A stretch of DNA of 63,179 bases, counting the filler, from Intoshia linei (taxonomy: Eukaryota > Animalia > Orthonectida): assembly GCA_001642005.1 (NCBI GenBank). It is 7 parts of 7 records of this genome, joined end to end, with 100 filler letters (N's around TTAATTAATTAA, not from the genome) between each part and the next. Parts side by side here need not be neighbours in the genome. Positions count along the whole stretch, not along the records: positions 33,571 to 46,870 come from LWCA01001023.1; positions 46,971 to 54,403 come from LWCA01001552.1; 5 more parts are not named here. One strand, written 5' to 3'. How positions within the stretch are numbered: the first letter of the stretch is position 1; each line of letters opens with the position of its first letter. Below the pieces are notes generated by a model that saw only the letters and a list, made by a program, of their open reading frames with translations, searched no databases and was not told the origin of the DNA. This document shows positions 38,246-48,674 of the stretch, piece by piece. Made by a program: the position numbers and the translations under genes.

Positions 38246-39276
38246 TAGTGATTGTGATTTCCTGGGAAAAATAAAAAATTTTTATTCATATATAACATAG
38301 AAGCATTAAAAATTTTAGAGACCTTAATTAAAGTCAGAAACAGAAAGAAATTTCATTAATGAAGTAAAACGAATCTAGATTGAAATTTACAAATTTAATT
38401 ACAAAAAAATTTATTTATTTTAGATTGTTGAATAAGTGATTCGAAACACACATAAATATTGATAGATTCGTCTTTTAAACGCGTTCTACGTTTATTAACG
38501 AAATTAGAAACAGTAGAGAAATTTCTTTCATTTTGTGTTGATGGCGCCTTATCTAAAGATCGTAAAATCACATGATCGTGATTCAAAAAATCGTAAAAAT
38601 ACACTAATATTAGAATTTATAATTAAATTGGATAAAAAAATATTGTCTGGTGTGAACACCATAGAATATTTCTTATTTTTTTGTAATATGGTTTGTAGAT
38701 ATGATACGGTATTTTAACATTTTAGTTTTAATTTGGGTCTGTACATCTACGATCATGTGATTTTACATTCATTTCAACGGACACGTGTGTTGACATAGGT
38801 TGAACGGTCATAAGGGCTTCCTTTAATTTTAACAATCTTGATGATAGCGTTCTAGTTCGTAAAACAACTCACAATATTTTTCAAAAAAAATATTGGAGAA
38901 AGAGGATAATTCTCTTAAGTGTTAGTAATTTGTGGTAGAATTAAGATGTTTTTAAAAAAAGTATTGAAAAAAGGATATTTTTCCATTAACGGCTGGAAAA
39001 TTGGATTTTTTATTTGTGGTTTGAAGTGAATTTTTTTTAATAAGATTTCGTAAAATCGTATTTTTGAAAAGAATATCGGTGTAAGTCAATTTTTCCATCA
39101 GGGGTTGAAATGGTATTTTTGATTAAATTTTATTAGTGGTGGGATTTTTGAAATAGTAAATTTTAAATATTATAATATAATCATATTTTCATAATAATTA
39201 CAAACATAAATCAAATACAGGTATGTCTCAACTTTTTTCGGGAAATCCCGGGAATTTTGTCCCAGCACAATCACTA
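38246..39276 (-). mobile_element. Deleted hAT (Ac-type) element
   Basis: TIR tagtgattgtg / cacaatcacta; perfect TSD agtacatg; internal APSTQNERNFS...KRRTRL dimerisation motif. Other ends of the same family lie at about 22440-22504 and 61103-61269. Confidence 0.88.
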
Positions 39277-39478
39277 AGTACATGTAGGAGGAATATTTAT
39301 TTTATTAATTTTAAAAAAAAGGTAATCTGAAGTTATTTTTTGTACTTTTTTGAGTTTGAATTTATAATAATGTGTATGATTTTAAATACTATCCCATAAT
39401 TTATGATGAATACAATTCTAGAAGTTTTTTCATTCTTACAAAAAATGGTAATTTTGCTTGTGCCGAATGTTAAGTTAA

Positions 39479-40539
39479 TGGGGTGCAATTTCAATATCAA
39501 GAAATAATTTTTAGGGCGTCTTTTTTAATATATAGGCGTCTAGTTTGATTTTAAAGCGTCTCTATTAATTTCATTTAAAGGTTATTATACAATAGTTTTC
39601 AAATTTGTATTTTTTCGCAAAAATAAAAAAAATGATCGGCACAAAATGTAATTAATTTTTGTTTATTAAATAAACTTTAAATCAATTAGGTCCAGTCTTG
39701 GATAAAATATTGCAAATTCATTAACCAAACTTTCAATATAAAAATTAGTCATAGTGGCAATTTATGAGGGCCAGTCCACATAGACGATTACCAGTCATTG
39801 TTAATCTTAACCCTTTCACTGTCTGTGTATTCTATACTATACACAGCATAATTTTGAAAAACTTTATTCTTTTATTTTTATACATTTTCACATAGGTAAT
39901 TTGAAAATAATACAAGTTTAAATTAAAACATAAATTCCAGACGTGTGGTGATAGTACATAAAATTGCATCAGACAGTGAAAGGGTTAAAAAGGTTTACAA
40001 TCTTCTCAAAATGCTAATGGAGCGTTCACGTTCACATGTGGTGATTGGAAATGTTGCCAAAATAATTAAAAGTTGATAAATATTTAAAAACAAATTAGAA
40101 TTCCAGCTTTCGATTAATTGTATGATAGTGGTCTTTGAATCAAGTTTTTTTTTCGATCTAGTATATTCTGCTTTGAGATCTTCATCTAGTGATATGCATG
40201 GTAAAAATAATTCATATTTTTCTGCGATTTCTTTTTAATCTTTTGAAAAAAATATTTTTGGTTAAAATTGTTTCTAAATAAATTCAACTAAAATTCTAAG
40301 TAATTGAACGTGACTAAATCGAGATATTATTGTATAAAATTATCAATTATAGATGTGCATGTAACAAAAGGCATCGAGTCACATGATCATTGATCAATTG
40401 TTGATGTAATGTTATGCGCCATCTATATTGTTTTAATAAATTAAAACCTTTTTCAGTTATTTTACAAAACATTAATTAAATTTTTTTTTAAATTTAGGGG
40501 GTGCAACTGCACCTTCTGCACACCTTGAATCCGCCACTG
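39479..40539 (-). mobile_element. hAT (Tip100/Blackjack-like) deletion derivative
   Basis: Same termini as 18436-18950; minus-strand NIYQLLIILATFPITTCERERSISILRRL...FL|RLTMTGNRL. Confidence 0.78.
39811..39984. mobile_element. piggyBac-type MITE
   Basis: Perfect 15-bp TIR ccctttcactgtctg / cagacagtgaaaggg, flanked by TTAA on both sides. Confidence 0.93.
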
Positions 40540-40739
40540 ATGGTAGTTTTTGACATGGAAATAATCAATTTATAAAAATTAAATTTGCTATAAAATCTTA
40601 TCTAATTGGAAGGTTTGAGTAAAGGTTTTTTTGTGCAGCACGCGTAATAATTTTTTTCCAGTTAGCCAGCCAAGCAAATTAAGTCTGACATTCCTTATTC
40701 GTTGATACCGAATTAATAGGAAATCTACAAAAACTGCAC

Positions 40740-41243
40740 ACATTTATAATTACGTACTTATCATAAGTAATCTTAATTTAGTTAAATTAATCATAATAAT
40801 AATTAATAATAATAAGACTTAAATTAAATATATTTTTATATATAGTATTGTTATTATGATATATATAGATATATATTATTATGATGTATAGTATAAATAT
40901 AGTGAATTATTTAAGTTAATCTTATGAAATAGTTTATATAATAATTTAATGAAATATTATATTATCTATTACAGATCCAAGTTAAAACGAAAATATTAAG
41001 ATTAATTTTTTACCTACAAACCATATTACAAAAAGCTACGATACTTAATTGTCCTAAAACTTATAACATAAGATTTTGTCTGTAATTTACCAATAAATGA
41101 TAACATAATTTGCAGATCTTTTATAATACACTTATTCCGTAAATTTTATCTCAAGTTCTACTTGATTAATCTAATGATTGTTATGATTAATTTAACTAAA
41201 TGATGATTAAGATTACTTATGATATATACGTAATTATAAATGT
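40740..41243. mobile_element. AT-rich MITE-like element with ~38-bp inverted ends
   Basis: acatttataattacgta..tatcataagtaatcttaat / attaagattacttatgata..tacgtaattataaatgt. Confidence 0.6.
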
Positions 41244-41538
41244 ATGTCGTCTTTGTTTATGCCGTTTTAACAATAAGTCAATTAATACGTGTCGTATTTC
41301 TAACATCTTAACTGTAAGTCTCTACTATTATTGTACATTGACATGAAAGAATGACTACATCTAATTGGTTTAAAATGTAAACTTTACATTTATTCACAAG
41401 TTGTGAAAGAATAAATTTAATTGTAAAACCACTTCACTGTCCAACAAATTCACATTTTAATTGTAATACTTTCAATATAAACATTACATTTATTTATTAA
41501 CATAAACTTGAATCAATTATAAAATTATTATTTAAAAT

Positions 41539-43179
41539 ATGCCAGACAAAATAGTAGTAAATAGTAAGGAAATAATAACCTATCAAAATAAATTAAACCA
41601 AGAAATACAAAAAATGATAACAACATTTATAAAAATGCGTGAAAACACAAAAGAATACGACCATATCTGTACCCTACCAATTTTTAAAAATCATTGTAAC
41701 AAACTTGGAATTATATTGACTAGTAAATTTGAGAAAATATTAAAATTTCACTTTGATAAATTGACCATTGAAGATGAAACAGTAGAAAATTCTTCCAAGA
41801 TTATTGAAGAATTTAATAAGGAAGTATGTGAAAAACTTTTAGTAAAATTTTATCAATTTCAATTGGATGAAAAACTTGCGACTAAAAAAGTAGAAAAAAA
41901 ATCCAACAGTGGCCATTCACGTACAAGTAGACAAATTCAACGAGGTATAAATTGGAAAAAATACCAAACTTCATCAAACGTTGAAAAAACAAAAATTGAT
42001 GTCGACAATTCAGAAAATGAATTTATACATAAAATAAAAGTAAAACCTCATTTCATTGAACCGCTAAGCATCTGGGAAAAAGAAATTGCTGAAAAAAAAA
42101 TTGGTCCATTCCGTTCACCTTTCAAAGTAGAAATTGATAATTTAAACCACGACACATTTAATGCATTTAATCTTTCGGCAACTCATTATATTGATAAAAT
42201 TGAAACAAATATCGAAACTACACTTTCAAACACTCCCTTTTTATTTGTTGAAACTGTGGACCAATTGGAAATTATGGTTCAAGAAATTTATAACATTAAA
42301 ACTCCAATTATTTCTGTTGATTTGGAACATCACAATTTTAGGTCTTATTTAGGTTTTACTTGCTTAATTCAAATTTCTACAGTAGATAAGGATTATGTTA
42401 TTGATGCTATAAAACTTCGACCCCATTTGGCTGTTTTGAATAATTTTACGACTAATCCAAATGTATTGAAAATATTTCACGCCTGCAATGCAGATATTTT
42501 ATGGCTTCAAAAAGATTTTGGCGTTTTTGTAGTTAATAATGTCGATACATCAATCATGGCTTTGGGTATGGGATATGATAAAATTTCTTATTCAAATTTA
42601 ATGAAATTGTGTTTTAAGGTTACTATTGATAAGGATTTGCAATTGGCAGATTGGAGATTACGGCCTTTGCCGGAAGTGTACATTACTTATGCTAGGTTGG
42701 ACACACATTATCTTTTTTGGTTGTATGAATTTTTGAGAGTGGAATGTTTAAAAATTGGTCCCAGGTTGGGGATTTCTGTTTTAATTCAAAGTCGAAAATT
42801 ATCTTTAGATATGTATCGGAAAAATGAATATAATCCTACTTTCCATCATAAATATAGTAAACTTGGTTTGATTGCGAAAAATTCCTTGTATTATATTATT
42901 AAATGGCGTGATGAAGTGGCTAGGGAACTTGATGAATCAGCTCAATATATTTTTACAAACAAAGTATGTGTTAATTTGGCTACAAATTATTTTCGTTATC
43001 ACCACGGTACTTCTTTGTGCCCCCATATCGACATCAAATATGAATTGAAATTGAAACAATATTTATCTAAACTCAAAGATAATAAATTTGTATTAGATGA
43101 ACCTAATTTACCTAACAATATCCACAAAAAAACTATCAATATTTCAACTGATAAACAAACTTTCAAGGTGAGTGAGTGA
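41539..43179 (+). CDS. RRP6: RRP6/EXOSC10-like exoribonuclease, copy 2
   Basis: VDLEHHNFRSYLGFTCLIQIST, DILWLQKDFG, QLADWRLRPLP...YARLDTHYL and HRDC KWRDEVARELDES; collinear with copy 1. Possible terminal intron (aag|gtgagt at 43169 to ttcag|gta at 43363). Confidence 0.93.
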   Translation: MPDKIVVNSKEIITYQNKLNQEIQKMITTFIKMRENTKEYDHICTLPIFKNHCNKLGIILTSKFEKILKFHFDKLTIEDETVENSSKIIEEFNKEVCEKLLVKFYQFQLDEKLATKKVEKKSNSGHSRTSRQIQRGINWKKYQTSSNVEKTKIDVDNSENEFIHKIKVKPHFIEPLSIWEKEIAEKKIGPFRSPFKVEIDNLNHDTFNAFNLSATHYIDKIETNIETTLSNTPFLFVETVDQLEIMVQEIYNIKTPIISVDLEHHNFRSYLGFTCLIQISTVDKDYVIDAIKLRPHLAVLNNFTTNPNVLKIFHACNADILWLQKDFGVFVVNNVDTSIMALGMGYDKISYSNLMKLCFKVTIDKDLQLADWRLRPLPEVYITYARLDTHYLFWLYEFLRVECLKIGPRLGISVLIQSRKLSLDMYRKNEYNPTFHHKYSKLGLIAKNSLYYIIKWRDEVARELDESAQYIFTNKVCVNLATNYFRYHHGTSLCPHIDIKYELKLKQYLSKLKDNKFVLDEPNLPNNIHKKTINISTDKQTFKVSE

Positions 43180-44751
43180 TGATTTGTTTTGATCGCATTA
43201 CATGTGACTTATGGTTTATTATATTTTACCAGTTAATTTAACACTGCATGTATAATTTTTATTAAATTTATTATAATAATAAACATTGCTAATCTATTCA
43301 TCTCATCATATGTAAAAATTTAAAATTATTGCGCAATTAAAGGACCTATATTTTATTTTCAGGTACATTTAGCATGATATGTTACAATTCCTAGTAAACA
43401 GTTTAACTTTACACTTTTACTTTTGTTAATTTGTTAAAAATTTAATTTTTGTATGAAATTTTTAAAATGGCAAGCTCTTCCACTAAAGATTTTCAAAAAT
43501 TTTTCTTCTTTTCACAATTATCATAAAACTATCACACGCAACTTTATCAGTATTTGGACCATGAAATTTCGAAAAACAGTATAAAAAATCACACCCCTAA
43601 TGTATGTCAATACATCAATAAAATTAAATTCCTTCTAAAAATTTATTACAACTAACTTTATTATACAATAATTTGATTTTCGACCAAAAAAAATGAAATA
43701 AAAATGGTGAAATTGAATCCATTTGCTATAAAATACTTAACCCATGAAGAAATTCGAGTTATGACAGCGGTAATATTAAATTATAATAGTTAATCAATAA
43801 TAATAATTCCTTACAATTTTTACTTCATCTTAGATCTTGAATTAAATTTTTTTATAATGTTACATTTTTACAGGTACATATATTTAGTTATACATAAAGT
43901 TATATTTTTTATGAATACACCAAATTTACTGTAGACGCACATTATTCTTCAATGCGTGTGACATACTAGGGCAAGAGTGGCTAACCTTTTACATACCATG
44001 TGCCACATTTTTATCATGCGATCTCAGATGCGTCAAAATTTTGTGTGAAACTCCGGTTACTAATAGAATTCATATGTATATAAATATAAATTATTTTTAT
44101 TTGTATATTTTAGTTAATTTATTTAACTTATTTATAGAGCAAATTTAAAAAATTTTTACTAATTAGGAGTCAATTTATCAAAACGTTTAAATATAACGTT
44201 TTTTATGAATTTTTTTTTAATCTTGCCTAGTAATTTCACTTTAATGGATCCAAATAAATTTTATAATTTTTTTACCACGTCGCTGTAAAAAAAGTGTTAA
44301 AACCGCTGATGTAATGTATTATTTCTGGTATTAATTTAATATTAAGGAGTAAACACCACTAAATCCAAATTTACCAACTCTTAAGGGAAAAATCCGTTTG
44401 TACCAAACTTGACAAGAAAAACCTCTTAATTCAACCCTAAAAGAAAAGTCAATCTTACCAAGCCTTAAAGGAAAATTCATTTTAAATGTATTAAATGCTT
44501 TTAATTTGGAATTAAATGGAGATTTACATATAAAGTTAACAAATATACCAGATTATCGGACTCCGAATATAACAAATATTATACTAAATCATAAAGCTCA
44601 TCCATCTGAGTAAATGTTTATTAAACTTAATTTATATAAATTTTTTTTTAGTTGGGGACGAAAATAGTTATTTTTTTGTTTTTAAATTCATACTGTTATA
44701 TTTGATATATAGCCTAGTAGCATGACACAATTTTATGTTGTACCTGAACTA

Positions 44752-45365
44752 TCCTTACTTATAATATGCTACGCAATATTTGTTTGTGTGTGTGTTCCAC
44801 TTTATTGGAATAATTACCAGTCTTAGAATTTTATAAAGTTCACATTTCAATTACAGTTTTTTCTGGGACATATAAGATAAATTTTAACATTCCAAACTCA
44901 CATCTTACAGGTTAAAAACCCCAATTCTACTTTTTTTTGAAAATCAAACAATTTGGAGAATTTAAAAAATATATACGCTAATAAGGATTTTAAAATCATA
45001 AACATTATCATAAATTTAAATTTAAAAAAATTACATCTTCAAAGTCAAATCTAAAATTACGTTTTTTTTTTTAATGAAAACAGCCCTGGAATTTTAAAAA
45101 AAAATTGCAGGTTGTACAATTGTATCCTGTTAACACACAAAAAATTTCAATCCGAATAAGTGACGACTTCACGGTCAAAAAAGCATTTAATTCATATATT
45201 TTTTTCCGAAATATATTTTACAAAACAAAAAATGTGAAATAATTAACTCTCTGAAAATTAAAAAAAATATTTATCTGATAGAGCTTATTCCAGTTAATAT
45301 AAATACAAAAGTTGAACCAGAGAAATCTTCGCATTCCCGATGAAAAATAATTTTTAATATATTAC
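44752..45365 (+). mobile_element. Helitron-like non-autonomous repeat, longest + strand copy
   Basis: a|tccttacttataatatgctacgc...gtttgtgtgtgt, with internal ~85-bp subrepeats. Related segments at 25790-26100, 37340-38065, 20400-20790 and 50290-51094. Confidence 0.55.
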
Positions 45366-45849
45366 ACCAGACGACAAATTGGAACTTTTTTCGACATCCC
45401 TGAATTTAACTAGATATAAATGTAGCCTGATGGCATGAGTATACTCAGAATCTTTTATTTTTTTTAACAGTTCGTTGAAGGAAGATATAGGACAAATAGT
45501 TTGACGTATCTATGGAAAACAAAAATAAATAAAAAAGGAAATATTTAATTGTGATTTAGAGATGGTTTCCGATTAAATATTTTTTTCAAAATTCATGAAT
45601 AAATCAGTTTAAGTATTTTGATTGCCACCCAATTGAAAAAATACGCAATATTTTTTAACAGATACAAGGATTTTCTCCTTAAGTCTAGGCCCCATTAAAA
45701 TAATGTTATTATCCGGCATCCCTGAATCAAACAGCTGAGAGGTAAGGAGTGAACCTTTAAAAAAATAAAATTTATTAAGTGGTATCATAAACAGTTCGTT
45801 AAATATTTGTAATTAGTAAATTAAATTTTATTAGATTGAATTTAACAAG

Positions 45850-46036
45850 TTTTTTATATTCCAGAAATAATTTCCAATCATATTCATGGCATGCTTCTTA
45901 ACATATCGATTTTCAAATCTAGCTAAGGTTTAGTGAAATCGTTCACCATGTCGGTCCGAATATTTTCCACAATCGTTCATGAAAAGATCTATGTGACAAT
46001 TCATATAATGTGCTTTGTGGAAATGAGACACCCCAT
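45850..46036 (-). pseudogene. Chapaev-3 (CMC) transposase C-terminal remnant
   Basis: MGCLIS/KAHYMNCHIDLF...CGKYSDRHGERFH*TLARFENRY...MIGNYFW matches the KxHFLHSH...SDEQGERFHQ...ExRY...MADYCW motif. Confidence 0.7.
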
Positions 46037-46140
46037 GAGACTAAATATAATATCATAAAATTCTACGAATATATTACCCATATTTTATGGAAGGGAAAAT
46101 CTTTTATTTCTCTTTTTCAATGATATACAGCAGGTTGTAC

Positions 46141-46870
46141 CAAGGACAGCTTAAACCAGGACGGAATACGAGATATTCTAGTAAAAAAGATTGTAAGCGG
46201 GATTTTTTTTGCTCTAAGATATATAATAATATGTTTGTCATCGGAAATTACTCTTTCATCGAATACACACTTGTCCATACTTCGTAAAAATAAAAAAATA
46301 ACGCGCTTACAGTAAATATTCGTTAGGATAGTAATTTATAATAAAGTTACAATAAAAACGACATTACTTATGAAACAAGCTAATAAATAACAATACCGCG
46401 TTTAACATTTAATCTTTTTTCAGCTATTTTCTACTTATTATGCCACGAAAGTGTTCCTCAGCAAATTGCCGTACGAATTATGATGAAGTATCTGAGAAGG
46501 TAAAAACCTATGGATTTCCATCTAATGAAGAGGAAAAAGTAAAATGGATAAGTGCTATGCCTAATGTTTTTTCTGATGATGTTACAAAAAATATATGTAT
46601 GTGAGAGACACTGGCCGGAGAATTATCCTACTAAAAAAGTATATGGTGGATTTAGGCCAGTTAATCCTCCTTCAATATTTGATGTTCCTTCAAGCTGCCT
46701 AAGACAGACTGATTCAAAAATTTATAAACAGTTTAGTAGTAGGAATATTTCAATTGAAGATAGCAACTCAAAGGATGAGCTTTCTGAATTTCAAGCCATG
46801 GATGCTTTTCCTCTTGATTGGCAAGTTTTTTCTACTGATTTGATCAAAAAATATCAAACAGATTATGTAG
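46141..46870 (+). mobile_element. 5' end of a P-element-like transposon with a frameshifted THAP domain
   Basis: Terminus caaggacagcttaaacc. ATG at 46440: MPRKCSSANCRTNY...YGFP...KW.../VCERHW...PSIF (THAP C2CH), with a frameshift near 46595. Confidence 0.8.
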
Positions 46871-46970
46871 NNNNNNNNNNNNNNNNNNNNNNNNNNNNNN
46901 NNNNNNNNNNNNNNTTAATTAATTAANNNNNNNNNNNNNNNNNNNNNNNNNNNNNNNNNNNNNNNNNNNN

Positions 46971-47180
46971 AAGTTTAATCACCTTTGGGTAAATTATTTT
47001 AACGACTTAGGTTGTCGACAAGTTTAATCATTTTTTAGGTAAGTTATTTTAAGGACTTAGCTAGTCCACAAGTTTACTGACCTTTGGGTCCATTTGGTAG
47101 TTTTTAGACTTTCTGGTCTTATTGGGTAGTTTTACGACGTTTTAGTCATAATTGGTAGTGTTCAGACTTTTCGGTCCCAC
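46971..47180. repeat. Short tandem repeats (~49-bp and ~29-bp units) downstream of the integrase-PHD element
   Basis: aagtttaatca...ttttaa.gacttag repeated about 2.5 times, then ttggtagt...gact...gtc repeated 3 times. Confidence 0.6.
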
Positions 47181-47308
47181 ACTTTAATTTTTCTTTTAAC
47201 TTAACTTCATTTTTTCATATACAACCAAAAATCAAAATTAGGAAATTTATACTCTATCTTGTTCCTCAAATTACAATCCAACTTAATATCATTTATGTGT
47301 AAATAATC

Positions 47309-48390
47309 TTACACCCTTGATGATACTTCACCATATCTCCATAATAACCGCTTAGTTTCGAACAACGCATCATCATATTTTTTAAAATATAATGTTAATA
47401 ACATCCTAGGTATCCTACTATACTGTTCGCTGCTGTTCAGTTTATCAAACTCAATCAATGTAATCTTACCGTCAGTATTACATGCATATTGTGGTTCCAA
47501 CACCTTAAAAATCTTACGCAAATCGTCAATATCTAATAAATTATTCTTCACCACCACTTTTCTTCCTCTAATACCCCTAAAATTTCCCTTATTTTTGATA
47601 TTCTTCATCTCATAATTATCAAATTTCTGAGGCACTTTAACCTGTCTTTTGACCCTACTTATATCTTTTTCACAATTTTTACACCTAAAATTTTTCATTT
47701 TATCTGCCAACGTTTTCGACAACTTAACACACTCTCCATGAAACCAATCTTTACAGCTATCACACTCCACCATAAAATCATTTTCCACCTCACCGCGTTT
47801 GCAATAACAATAAGTTTTTTTAAACTTTACACCTTCATTTAGTTTTTTCATATGCCTCCAATTTAGATTCATTACACCTTTTGAATCTTTTATCCAGTTT
47901 TTCCACCACAGGATTATTTGAAATATAATCCCTTTGCCACTTAGTATCACTTCTCGTCACCTTAGAATTATGATTTTTCTCCATCATTTTTCTATACTTT
48001 TTAGAATTTTCACCAATTTGATTCTACACCAATCATAAACTAATACTGACCGACTATGTACTGTAGCAAACTTTGCCTATTTCTTATGGCCACTAAAATT
48101 TCCGGAATAAAATTCTCCCAATTTTTATCAAATCTTCCCACTGTCTTAATTTTCAACATATTCTTTAAGGTTCTATTCAACCTTTCCACTCCACCGACAT
48201 CTTCATGATGATATGGTCTAGTTTCCGTCTTTACTGAACCATTCATCTCACACAACTTCCTTATCAATTCTGACTCGAATTGCGTACCCATATCAGTATG
48301 AATACGTTTCGGCACACTATACCTAGGAATTAATTCTTCATAAATTTTTCTAGCAACCACCTCCGCTGTCATACTCTCAACAGCCCACAC
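47309..48390 (-). mobile_element. Degenerate Gypsy-type/Ginger integrase followed by a PHD finger
   Basis: rve core PKRIHTDMGTQFES...TRPYH...VERLNRTLK; downstream frame YCYCKR...MVECDSCKDWFHGECV...FRCKNC (C4HC3). Confidence 0.82.
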
Positions 48391-48674
48391 CTAATACAAA
48401 ATACATACATACATAGATACAACTTCACAACTATTTACATGACAATTACAACACGTTTGTTGAAACATATTAAACATATTTGTATATTTTAATAAACCGC
48501 AGTGCTGCATTTGTTAAAGACATTTAACTGATTCAGAACTGTGAATTAGGGACTAGTGCATATGCATTTTACGATGTCATATGTTTATTTTACCAAATTA
48601 TTATTCAAATTAAAAAATGTAATATTTATGATGATCATAACTTACGAATGTGACAATATTTAATTAATTCATAG

